The notes beneath the pieces are model-generated. The model saw only the letters and a list, made by a program, of their open reading frames with translations, made no database searches and was not told the origin of the DNA. A stretch of DNA of 63,825 nucleotides from Paraspadella gotoi. Lineage: Eukaryota; Animalia; Chaetognatha. The stretch covers positions 20,342,516-20,406,340 of the forward strand of contig CM119266.1 of assembly GCA_051294375.1 (NCBI GenBank), given 5' to 3'. Position 1 is the first letter of the stretch. Every line of letters starts with the position of its first letter. This document shows positions 33,456 through 63,825 of this stretch, in pieces. The position numbers and the translations under genes were made by a program.

Positions 33456-34946
33456 CTCTGCTGCGAAGATCAAAGACAATCGCGGCAACTCAGCCTTGGT
33501 TAAAAACATCATAAAAGTAATTGAAATAAAAAAAAGTGTGAAATCGAGGCATCCTACTAAAAAGTGTGAAATCGAGTCATCCTAATAATAAGAGTAGTAT
33601 AAGGGAAATGAGTAGAAGAGCGGGGTCAACTATTGCAATGCCCGTCTACGAACAAATTGTAATAAATAAATCGATAATCACTGATTACACCTCTTGATGC
33701 AATTCACTCTTTTCGCGTGAAATAAAAAAGAAAATCTTGCGCAAGATTTCTCGAGCGCGTTTCAATCGAGGCAACGTGACAAAAAAAGAAGGACAGACCA
33801 CGGAGACAAGGATAATTTGTAGGACAAGGACGTCCGAATCGAAATTCAGGCGTCATAGTTGTAAAAAGGTTAAAAACAGAACCGGATTTCGAGGTTGAAA
33901 ACAAAAAAATTCAATTAGAAGAGAGCTATAATCTTTTAAACGGTTTCAAATTATATGGACGGGAGGCTGTTTGTGCTGGAAGGCTGAAACGTCGTTAATA
34001 ATGCATTGATTTTGATTTAAACAACATTAAACAAATATATAATATTAACACACATAACGATCTAGAATTACCTTGAAATTATCGAAGAGTAAAAACGGTG
34101 CGTTTGGATTCAAAAAGAGCTGCTTAATTTGATGGGTTCATGTAAAATGTACGCTTTAAACACGTTTTATTTCAGAAGTTAAGAATATTTCATCATGAAG
34201 GCAATAAAAAAAATACAGATTACACAAGAGAGAGAAAGACGGAGAAAGTCGAGCGAATGTTTTTGTTTTTCCTCCGAAACCAGAAATCATTTGCGATCGA
34301 AAACATAATAATGTTTTTTTTCTACTAGATTCGTAATGCGCAGATCGACGGTCGTGGAGAGAAGAGAAGCCGGTTAATTCTCCTCGCATCGTCATCGCCG
34401 ATCAATTTTCCTCTGCGATCGCGAGGGGAAAACCTGGAGACCACGTCGAGGCGTACGCGAGGCTGTCTCTCGCATATCAGCTGTGGAACGAAAGCGAGCG
34501 TCGATCCAGATCCGCGAGAGATTTGAAGGATAAAAGGTTTTCGAACCGCGAAGTCACGTGAGACTTACGTCACCCAAATCTTTTCTTTTTTTCTGGTTCG
34601 AACTAAGAAACGATTCAGATTATGTGTTTTTTTCTTTTGCTTTGTGAGTTTCGCGAGAAAGAGATAAGGAATTGGCGAGGGTCTCGATCCGAAGATCATC
34701 ATCTCATGATAATAATTTATACCGAAATCGCGTCCAAAGATCGAGTACGAAATTCTCGACTGGGAAGAGGAGACAAATCAGGACGTGTCTACTAGTGTCT
34801 AGTGTCTACATCCTAATTTAATATAAATCATGAGTGAAAATGGTTGTTGTTCTTGGACGAAGATTTTTCGTTGTCACTAGTCAAAAACTACGCAGCTGTT
34901 TCCATTGTTGTTAATTTCTTATCCAGAGATAAAAAAGAATTTTCAG

Positions 34947-35009
<63 letters not shown>

Positions 35010-35264
35010 CTTTTAAGGAGAAGATTAATGAGCGGAAGGCTTTTTCTTTAAAATGTAAGGGACCTATGACCCTGTGACGTGTAGGAGAAAAAATCGGCAA
35101 CTGTCTGTAGTTTTACTCTCTGTTGCACAGTTGTTTCATCTTCTTTGAAATCCGACGAATCCGCTGTGAGATTATCTCCACAAAATAGGAATAACAACTC
35201 TATCAGCCAATTGTGGGGCGCAAAGTAACAAATCGACGGTTTTACGAAAGAAAGATAAATAAAG

Positions 35265-44460
<9,196 letters not shown>

Positions 44461-44886
44461 TTCGACAGTGACTATTTGATGAAAAACGATTTAATTATTC
44501 AATAACTAAATCCTCAGACCGGAATTAAAGTTAAGAGAATAAAACATTCCAAATAAAAATTATTTTAATTACTGCTTTAATAATAAACTGCCATAAAACA
44601 TTTTTTTTTTCCTTTAACAGTTTCAGACTATTCGTCAATATTAGGAAAATAAATTTTTAATCATTTATCCAAAAGAATATTTTCCAAGGACGAGTATACG
44701 AATAATATCGAGAAATAAATTCCATCAGATCATGATCATGATCATTTTGAATATGGACGTTTTGATAATTAAGCAGGGTCATATTAACTGCCTCCATATT
44801 TCGTGCATTCGAACTAGCCAGAAGTCGAATACGTGTCTCAACTTTGAAGCATCCCGCACGTATGTCATAAAAACGTTTTCTTATTT

Positions 44887-44977
<91 letters not shown>

Positions 44978-45420
44978 TATATCATGCCTCCTCGGCGTGC
45001 TATTTCGCTAGGCCTTCAAAACACGATATGAAACGATTTTCATTTTTGCTCTCGACCGTCTTAACTCGTAAACAAATCAGGGAAAGAAGAGCCTAGACGA
45101 CATGAAACTAATACATATAATACATAATAGAGCAATAACAGGGCTTTTATGATTATCAAAATCGAACTTATTTTTATCAATCAACTTTTGAGTTCTGAAA
45201 TTGGATAAACATTTCTTTCGTCGTCGTCATCATCGTCTTCAGGGTTGTGGATGTCATATGTGGACTTCTTGTGTGTGGGAACGATGAGTGGACGTCGAAT
45301 AGTAGTTGTCGTCGTCGTCGTCGTCGTTACGGTTGCCAGGGTCTTCCGAACTCGAATGAAAATTATACTCCACTTTCACCCCTCAGGCAACGCATGCCCA
45401 GGCTCGCAAGAGTCTTTTGG

Positions 45421-45500
<80 letters not shown>

Positions 45501-46332
45501 TTTATTTAATTTCAATTTCTAACCCACTCAACGAAGACCAAAACAGAGACTTTGAAATCGTTCTTAATTTTCAACATTTGTAATGTTTTTTAACCATTTT
45601 AGTTTTTAATAAGTACTGGGTTTGGCGTTTCGTTGTTTGGTTGAAAATAAATAATTAATTTTTTTTTTAAATATGAAACGACAGTATTACTTTTAGAGAT
45701 TCATTAACAAATATAGAAGTGTAATGCCTTACAAACGAGAAAAACAAATTTAAACCTCTAAATTTATGGCATTATCATATTTAGGTTTCATTCAAATGAC
45801 GTAAAAGATCTAATATCATAAAAGTGTCTCTTTGTAGACATACGTCGACAGACGTCTTGCTTGTTCAACATTACTAGATTGATGAAAATAGTGCACTTAA
45901 AGAGTCTTCTAGTTAATCTTTACTTTGACAGATGTAGTACTCACCTTCTAATGTTAGACTCCTTTCACTAGATGACGAGAACTGTTGCTGGAAAACCTTC
46001 CGAAAAGACAAAGTAAAAACTTGACGTCCTTTATCGAAGTTCAAAAATTTCGTAGAGAAGATACAAAGAAGGGAAAAAAGAATCCAGATGATCCTTTATC
46101 TAATAGGGGAAAAAAGCAGCAGATGGTTGAACCTTTGCGAAAGAAATCTCTTTTTTCTCGGGACTAGGGTAGCTCGGAGAAATCGCTGCTGAGGCTGGTA
46201 ACGCCTGCCGCGGCTGTCGCTGCCGCTCTCTGCCTCCTTTCTCTTCCTTCTTATTCTCGTTCCTGCTGCCCCAGCTGATGGATCGCAACGAAGAGCGCAG
46301 AGAGTTGACAAATCTGGTCCATCCGTTATTTT

Positions 46333-47534
46333 TATAAAATTGGTACAACCAATATAAAAATTATCCATTCTTTCAATAAATAAGTTATCTTGCCCCTGAC
46401 TTTGAACAGGCTTTGGTGGTTTAAGGCCTCCATCACTCTTACAAGATAATGACAATCAAGACTCTGTCACAGTCTCATTTATTCACTCCTACAGTACATG
46501 GCTTCCTTATCAATAAAGTGGTGTTTCAAAGAATGTTTCAATTGTATGAAAAGACTACTCCCTTAAGTAATAAATCAGGGAATACTATATTGTACTCCGC
46601 CCAGCATCAAAATACAAGGAGATGAATTTTATAAAATTAGTACAACCAATATAAAAATTATCCATTCATTTAATAAATAGGGTAGCTTGCCCCTGACTTT
46701 ATTTTAGTATGAAATTGGTACAGCCAATATAAATGGGTTTTTTCCATTCTTTTAATAAATAAGCTATAAATTTGGCCCCTGATTTTTGCAGGCTATGGTA
46801 GGCTAAGGCTTTCATCCCTCTAAAAAATATAGTATGACCCTGCAAGCTTAAAGCTTTAATAAAGTTGTATAATATTTTTAAAAATATTTTAATAAAATAA
46901 AAGGTTTAATCCTTCAAAAATAATCTGTAAAAACGATTTCTTATATTAAATAGTATATATAATTAATAACTTAAACAGTTAACTTATTTAGAATCTTATT
47001 TTCTATTTATATCAAAACTTTAAAATACAAAACTTTACCTTTTACACTATACTATATAATTTGACTTAAAGATATATATAGAAAATTTTCACAAAAAATT
47101 TGTAATTAAAACAAATAATTTTGATAATATTATAATAATTACACCATTTTCTATTCAATTTTACATAATGGATTTTCGGCCCTGCAGTGGCTGGCTGAAG
47201 AATCCTGCATGGTAATCTGGAAACAGCTGAATAGAGAGGAGTGTTCTCATTGGTCCGCAAATTCGAGATAGTCGTAACCGTGCTTCTGGGTTGGTCAATG
47301 TATTTTTATGCACTGCATTACCCATATGATTATGATAATACAACGTCACGAATATAAAGACTGTCTTGGTAATAAAGCTGGTATCTCTATTATATGAAAT
47401 TGGTACAACCAATATAAAAATTATCCATTCATTTAATAAATAAGCTATCTTGCCACTGATTTTGGAAAGGCTTTTGTCGTTTAAGGCCTCCTTCACTCTT
47501 ACAAGATAATGACAAGCTTTCAATCAAGACTCTC
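46333..47534. mobile_element. Cluster of four family-A repeat copies
   Basis: Copies start at ~46333, 46629, 46708 and 47393, all in the same orientation. Confidence 0.85.
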
Positions 47535-47556
47535 TCTAGCTTTTTGTCTGTATAAA

Positions 47557-47604
47557 TGACTGTATGACTGTATGACTGTATGACTGTATGACTGTATGAC
47601 TGTA
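47557..47604. repeat. (TGACTGTA)n 8-mer tandem repeat
   Basis: Direct reading, ~6 units. Confidence 0.9.
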
Positions 47605-48038
47605 TAAATGATTTATGCTTGATAATACAAAACAGCAATTCTTTTTGTTACTTAGATTTAGACGTACACTCTTAATCTTATGCAAAACGATTTTGAGTTT
47701 TATCTATTGTTTCAGTTCGTTCGAAACATAATAAACAAGATGTCGCAGTCGTTTTAGAGGTCAAAACAAATGATAATCCCATAAAAATAATTAATAATAT
47801 TTGATAGCCTTTGCTTTGATATAGTATTTGATAATATTTCCGGCGGTTCTGTATTATAAAAAGAAAATGAAAAAAAAGAAAACGAAAAAAGTTCATTTCT
47901 TTAATGAAAAGAAAAATTAGGAAGATTGGTTTTTTTTTCGGATAAGGCGGAACGATTCCTTTAATTTTTTAAAAACAGTATTTTTAAAAATATAAAATTA
48001 TATGAAATTGGGACAATCAATGTATATTTTAACAATTA

Positions 48039-48186
48039 CAGGGAAGTCCAGCTCTTTTGGGACTAAGTTTAAAAATTCGTTTGGATGGTACACAAATATA
48101 TTGCCTTTTTTCTTATACCATAAACCGTTTTCGAGCTGTAAGCGGTAAGCTCTTGAAGTTAGTCCCACCAGACCTGGACCTCCCTG
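48039..48186. mobile_element. Tc1/mariner-type MITE with TA target-site duplication
   Basis: TA|cagggaagtccagctcttttgggactaag ... gttagtcccaccagacctggacctccctg|TA; imperfect ~30-bp TIRs starting CAG. Confidence 0.8.
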
Positions 48187-49314
48187 TATTTATATTTGTT
48201 ATAATATTTTTTTCATTTTTTTAAAACTTACTCCAAACCTTAACTTACCATTAACCGTAATTTATCATCAACCCTTACTTACCCTTAATCTTAACTTACC
48301 AAAATATAAATATAACAAATTAAAGTATTACAATATCAATATCCTATTCCTACTTCCTTCGTTAAAAGCATCCTTTACCTTCTTGCTGATTCACACAAGT
48401 AAACGCGTTGTGGCGTCTAATCCACCTGTCGTGACAGACTGCAGCCCGATTAAAAGTTCGGGACCTTGTGCGCAACGGACAATTGATTGCTCGCGGCTAC
48501 CTCTTCCACAACACATACTTTCTTCTTGACATATTCAATTTATCAGAATATTTTTTAGTTGAGACACTTGGGGGTCGGTCTGACGGTCGGTATGTCTCTC
48601 CGTCAGTCTGTTCCACTTACGTTGCTCTTTTGTTATTTTTGCTGAGAATCTCGAATCTAAGCGACTACTAGCACTAACTTTTTTAAAGAAATCGTATAAA
48701 GAATTAAAGATAAGCAGCGATTTAATAAGTTCGAGAGAATGAAATAAAAAGCAATTGTGAGAAAACTATATGGAACTTTTAAAACCAATATGAACAAGAA
48801 CGGTAATTCAAAAGTGTGACTTTAAAGACATTTATCCCAATTCAGCTTGAGTTGAATGCTTATTGTAGTTACTGGATCATTTGGATATACACATTTGGAG
48901 GCAGTCACACTTTTGAATTACCGTTCTTGTTCATATTGATTTTAAAATTTCCATATAGTTTTCTCACAATTATTTTTTATTTCATTCTCTTGAACTTATT
49001 AAATCGCTGCTTATCTCGTTGCTTATCTTTATCGTTCAATTTCTGAGAATTATTTAAGAACCAATGAGCAACGAGTTGAAGTTCGAACCGGTTATAACTA
49101 GTACTACTAGTAGCTCGAAGCAGTTGGTTAACTCTCAGTCCAAGGCTGTGGAATACCTTCCGAATATTTTTAAGTTTTTTAAAATTAAAGATTTTAAACT
49201 TCATTTCGTAAGTCGCTGCCTGTTTTGTTTTGTTTTTTCCGTCATTTTTTGATAAAATTACAAATATTTTACAGGTTATACATTATTCGATTCAAAGTTG
49301 AAGAACCGGTTGAT

Positions 49315-50280
49315 ATGGGTAACAGCAATTGCGTTGCAGGAGGTGGGGCGCCTAATCGTTGTGACTTTGTCATTATAAACAGTACAGACTTTCCGCTCGC
49401 CCTCGATCAAAATGAAGACTGTGGACTTGTTTGCGAACATAAGGTGGAATTTTTTGGGGGCATTGACATTGATATGGCGCTCAAGTTTCTCCTAATACAT
49501 TCATGCGGTATATATGTAATGTATTATTTTGTTAGGGATTCCAACTCACGAGTGGAAAGATCCTTTACGGTTTTGAACCACCAGAAATCATCGCCCCTCA
49601 GTGTGAGTCTCTCTAACTAAATAGACTAATAAACCATCTGAATAATGTATTTTAAACCGAGTATTTTGGTCTTTTAATAACTTAACAATTTAGTCATTTG
49701 AAGATGCAGTAATTATTGTAATGAGATAATGACAGAACCGTTGAATAATAAGCAGTCCCTGAGCTTCGGATCAGGCTGTAACACCGTGTTACAGGCGGAT
49801 TAAGCAGCCCCGTCCCTCGTAACTGCTCGGCGAATGTCTTGCCTCCGGCACCAATGGCCGCTGATGAACGGTTGGTGGATTTTAGTCCACCATACATTTA
49901 ATCTTTTTTGTATCTGCATTTTTTCTTTGAAAGCAGCGATGGGACGATTTTCAGCGAGTGGTCGAGAAGGATCACTCATCGCTCCAGAAGGAAAAGCATT
50001 TTATCGGAACGTGCCTTTCAATCTTAACTTGCTCATCTGCTGGAAGCACGCAGGATTGTCTACGGTCAATCACCACAGGTTTATTCTTTTGGCACTTTGA
50101 TTTTTTTCTCTTTTTATTCTTAACATTTCTTTGTTCTTCAGCTTTACGGCCATCATCAGCGGAAAACCTAGCCACAAAGCCGCGGCAGCATTGTCTTGTT
50201 CACCATTGCCGTGGAGCGAGCTCTTGATCGCCGAATGTGATCCGGAAAATTGGTGCCTCACTGTCAAACACAAAATTTAA
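49315..50280 (+). CDS. Small aegerolysin/actinoporin-fold-like protein, 159 aa, N-terminal MGNSNC
   Basis: Exons 49315-49443, 49536-49602, 49934-50078, 50142-50280 total 480 nt, all GT-AG and phase-compatible. Protein ...FVIINSTDFPLAL...GKILYGFEPPEIIAPQSAMGRFSASGREGSLIAPEGKAFY...LLICW... The gene model is solid; the family call is by motif recognition only. Confidence 0.7.
49750..49828 (-). ncRNA. Candidate twister ribozyme (type P5, minimal P1)
   Basis: GAGCAGUU-ACGAGG-GA-CGGG-GCUGCU-UAA-UCC-GC-CUGUAACA(cgg)UGUUACAG-CCUGA(UCCGAAGC)UCAGG-GACUGCUU; both pseudoknots can form, P2 is imperfect. Confidence 0.55.
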
Positions 50281-52219
50281 CAGATCCTACCTACCACTCA
50301 GTTGGCTGTCTATCGCTGTCTATTGTAATAGAAGTAGAGTGTCGTTTACTCGTCCTTATCAAATAATTAACTAATCCAATTTCGGTTTTTATTTTCAGTT
50401 TACTCAATATGATATTATGCCAAAATCCAAATCCAACTGAAAATCCAGTTATTTGTTTTGTAACTAACTTTGTTTGAATAAAAACACACACGTAAACAAT
50501 GAATTTAATGATCAGATATTACAAGAGCTATAATACATGATTCCACAGTATTAACCGGTATAAACTAGCTTCTCATATGAGCCATGTTTATTTACAAGTT
50601 ACTCTTATCAGTTTTAAAAGGAATATGATCTCTAAGGATATCCTCATGAGATCACAATAAACTCGAAATTTTACAAAAGCTTCCACTTTTGAAATGGATT
50701 GAAGAAAGATATGTTTAGCACAAATCAGACGCGGTCGAAAATTGTAAGTCTTGCATTTAGTATAATCAAAGATTTATACCATTTAAATGATTTATGGAGA
50801 ATTATAAAGTCACCCGTCACCGAAAAACCTCTTTGGTATTTTTCATCACAACTTTATACTTGAAGGTTGAATAAATTTTGAGATGAAACAAAAATAATGA
50901 TATTTTAAAAGGAAACCTGGTCAATGAAGCCGGGCCTGCGGCTTCTGCTTTTACGGTTTTTCATTTCACAGAAATCTAAAGAATTACATAATTGTAAAAA
51001 AAATTCGGGCGAATCTCTTTGCAAACCGAATATTAGAAACTACCTGTGTTCTGAGATGAGAGGATCAAGAATGTTTGGTGGAATGATAACACATGGCCGA
51101 CATGGGATTATAAAGGATATTCGGTTTTAATGGTGACACATAAAATAGATAATAGAACGACGATTCTCGAGTCAATGGGTATGAGATAATTATTATTCCT
51201 TTTTCCCCCCGACATGAGGTGAAACATTGTCTACAGCCTCATTGACTTCGAGAATGTTAGCGAATAGCAAGGGGACTGTACAGAAAATAAAGAATACGTC
51301 TTTGGTTTTTCAAAATCGATTATCGGTCAAAGGTTTATTATCAAGATCAAGGAAAGACCTTGCGGTCAAAAAAAACTTTTTTTTCACTTTTTATCGCTTT
51401 GAAGAAAACAGACCGAATCTTTTGAATAAACAAATGGAGCTTGCGCCGAAGCAACATCATATTTGCAAAAATAAATCCGTGATTATTCTTCTTTTAATCA
51501 CAAATAATAAAAGTAAAATTCAAAACGCTTTTGACAAATGATTCTTTATTTCGTTCGAGATAATCTTAAAAAAATTTTCAAATCAGGGCCGAGGGAAGAC
51601 GGGTGAGAGATCAAACATGGAAAATCTGGAAGGCGTAGATGATTTTAATGGATCAGTTTACTCAAAAGCAAAATTTGAAACGAAAGCGACATGCAAACCG
51701 AAATATCTCATTAGTAGGGCTTCAGTTACAAAATGGTAAAAACGAAAGAAAAATCTCCCGAGTACAATTAAAATACGTTTTACTTCGCCTTCGACTAATC
51801 TGTGATTTCTATTTTGTAGCAAATAAAATTATTAATTAATCATTTCGATCTTATCTGACCGCGTAAGTGTAACGTGGGGAGGCATATATATATATAAATG
51901 ATTCCTGCTGACTGAGGACCAAGATACACACAATTAACGCAACCCAATTTCAGACAGAGAACGAGGAAAAAAATAATTTTTTAGCGAAGGAATTATCGAC
52001 CGTCTTGAACGAACTTAGCAAATAAGATCGGTTTCGAAATCCTTTTTGGGTTTTTTTTTTAAGTTTTTTTAAAAAATATGTATCCGCGAGAGACGAAAGT
52101 CGTGAAATGAATTGAGAAAAGCGAAAAAAACCATTTACGAGACCCGACCAAAAAAAAAATGGGTACAGTAGTCTACGGTTCTCGTTTCTCCCCCTTTCAT
52201 CTCCAACGTCTCTCGAGGC

Positions 52220-52831
52220 TCATATGTTGGTGTGATGTCTCTGTCTGACGTGATTTTGTCCCGGTTTTTGCGACTCGACAACGGCGACGTCCCGCGACGA
52301 AGTTTGGATGAGCGACGTCGTCGGCGAACGAAGCGGCGGAGGGGGATGGGAAACCACGACCGTCGGGCCGCCGAAAGAGAGGGAAGAAGTAGAGGCCATG
52401 GGGAGTGGGCTGGGAGAGGGATAGGCTGCGCCGACGTAAGGGTGGGCGTGGCCAGAAGGGTAAGCGACGCCAGGGAGCTGAGCGGGATGGCGATGATGAT
52501 GGGGATGATAGTGAATGGCAGGCACGAGGCCCGGAGGCGGACTCGCGACCGAAGACACGAGGCCGATGTGCGGACCGCCCAGCGAGGTGACGCGGACACC
52601 TCCGAAGTCGTCGACGCCGCGGCCGCCGCCGCCGAGACCCGCCATCCGCTCCGACGCGTTCCCCAACGGTGAGACGCCGCCGCCGATTTCCACCATCGCC
52701 AGACTAGTGGCCACCAGACCTTTACCCGGGGTAAGGCGAAGGTGAGGAACGCTGGCGAGTCGCTGTTGTTGTTGTTGATTTAGTTGTTGCTGGTCAAATG
52801 GGTGCTGTTGATGATGAAGTTGCTTGTGTAT
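52220..52831 (-). CDS. Putative 203-aa stop-codon readthrough extension of the cadherin
   Basis: The frame stays open from the codon after TAG (52834-52832) to TGA at 52222-52220; Q/H/P/G/S-rich, ends HHTNI. Confidence 0.55.
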   Translation of the reverse strand: MHKQLHHQQHPFDQQQLNQQQQQRLASVPHLRLTPGKGLVATSLAMVEIGGGVSPLGNASERMAGLGGGGRGVDDFGGVRVTSLGGPHIGLVSSVASPPPGLVPAIHYHPHHHRHPAQLPGVAYPSGHAHPYVGAAYPSPSPLPMASTSSLSFGGPTVVVSHPPPPLRSPTTSLIQTSSRDVAVVESQKPGQNHVRQRHHTNI

Positions 52832-63114
<10,283 letters not shown>

Positions 63115-63825
63115 TGTGAAATTTAACGAGTTAACAGAACATTCTGAATAATATACAGAGTAAATACAATTCATTTGCGTTTTTAGCAAGTTTTAAAAAA
63201 ATGTGCCCCAAATAAAAACCGCATGAAATTTAATGAATACCAAGGCAAACATTTGCGAATTGAAAAACGCTGTTGGAAGCGGCCTCCAAAGACTTCAACG
63301 CAGGAAATGGAAGAAAAAAAAGTGCGAGCGGGCGCAAATGAAAAACGGGCGAACGAAAAAGGGAGCGAAGTAGATTCTTATTAGAACGAACTGGCGTGAG
63401 GGCAAGAAAGAGCGATCAAGTGTTAGAATACAGAAAAAGCTAATCCAGAATTGTAAGAAAGAGGACAATCACGTTGGAAGAAAAAGTTTTTGAAACTGTA
63501 GCGAAAAGCTATGTCGCTTAAGAATGTATATGTTGTTGTTTTAAATACCAAGGAAAACGCTATGGATTAATGAGAAGACTAGTAGAGAGAGAACTGAATA
63601 AATGGCCAATATTCATAGGGAGTCAGCCATGGAGGAAAATGAATCAGGCCGGGAAGGAGGTTTCAAAAAATCCTCAGACTGAAACCAGATAATCGAATCC
63701 TTTACAATTTCTTTTCCCATCGTGCTATGGTCGGTCAGTCCGCTTGCTGATGAATCAATTAAAAAGACAAGACTGCCAATTGATTTTTTTAATTGTTACT
63801 CATTAATTCTTTTTTCTCTCAAAGA

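Noticed and set aside
45240-47300. Minus-strand exon-like pieces (46096-46325, 47162-47300)
   Set aside because: The ORF starts fall in family-A repeats and I could not build a coherent coding model.

Overview
Eukaryotic (invertebrate animal) genomic DNA: AT-rich introns, CpG-rich exons, many (AG)n/(TCG)n microsatellites and two 25-N gaps. I assembled six spliced genes by hand. (1) An acidic secreted protein with GDWP repeats (+, 1055-3152). (2) A RUFY3-like RUN/coiled-coil protein without a FYVE domain (-). (3) A TP53INP/DOR-family autophagy adaptor (-). (4) A secreted EGF plus Reelin-repeat-like protein (+) with two tRNA-Cys genes in an intron. (5) A small aegerolysin-like protein (+). (6) The 3' part of a classical cadherin (-). 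The cadherin is the most unusual locus. Its canonical TAG stop is followed by a 203-codon in-frame ORF ending in a PDZ-type motif (candidate stop-codon readthrough). It also has two paralogous, phase-matched membrane-proximal/half-TM exons, one carrying a furin site, and it lacks the EGF/LamG module of non-chordate classical cadherins. Also seen: a candidate type-P5 twister ribozyme, several MITE or dispersed repeat families, and a ~3.4-kb-arm inverted duplication around a gap (probably an assembly artefact). Exon coordinates were read by eye and family calls rest on motif recognition, not database searches.
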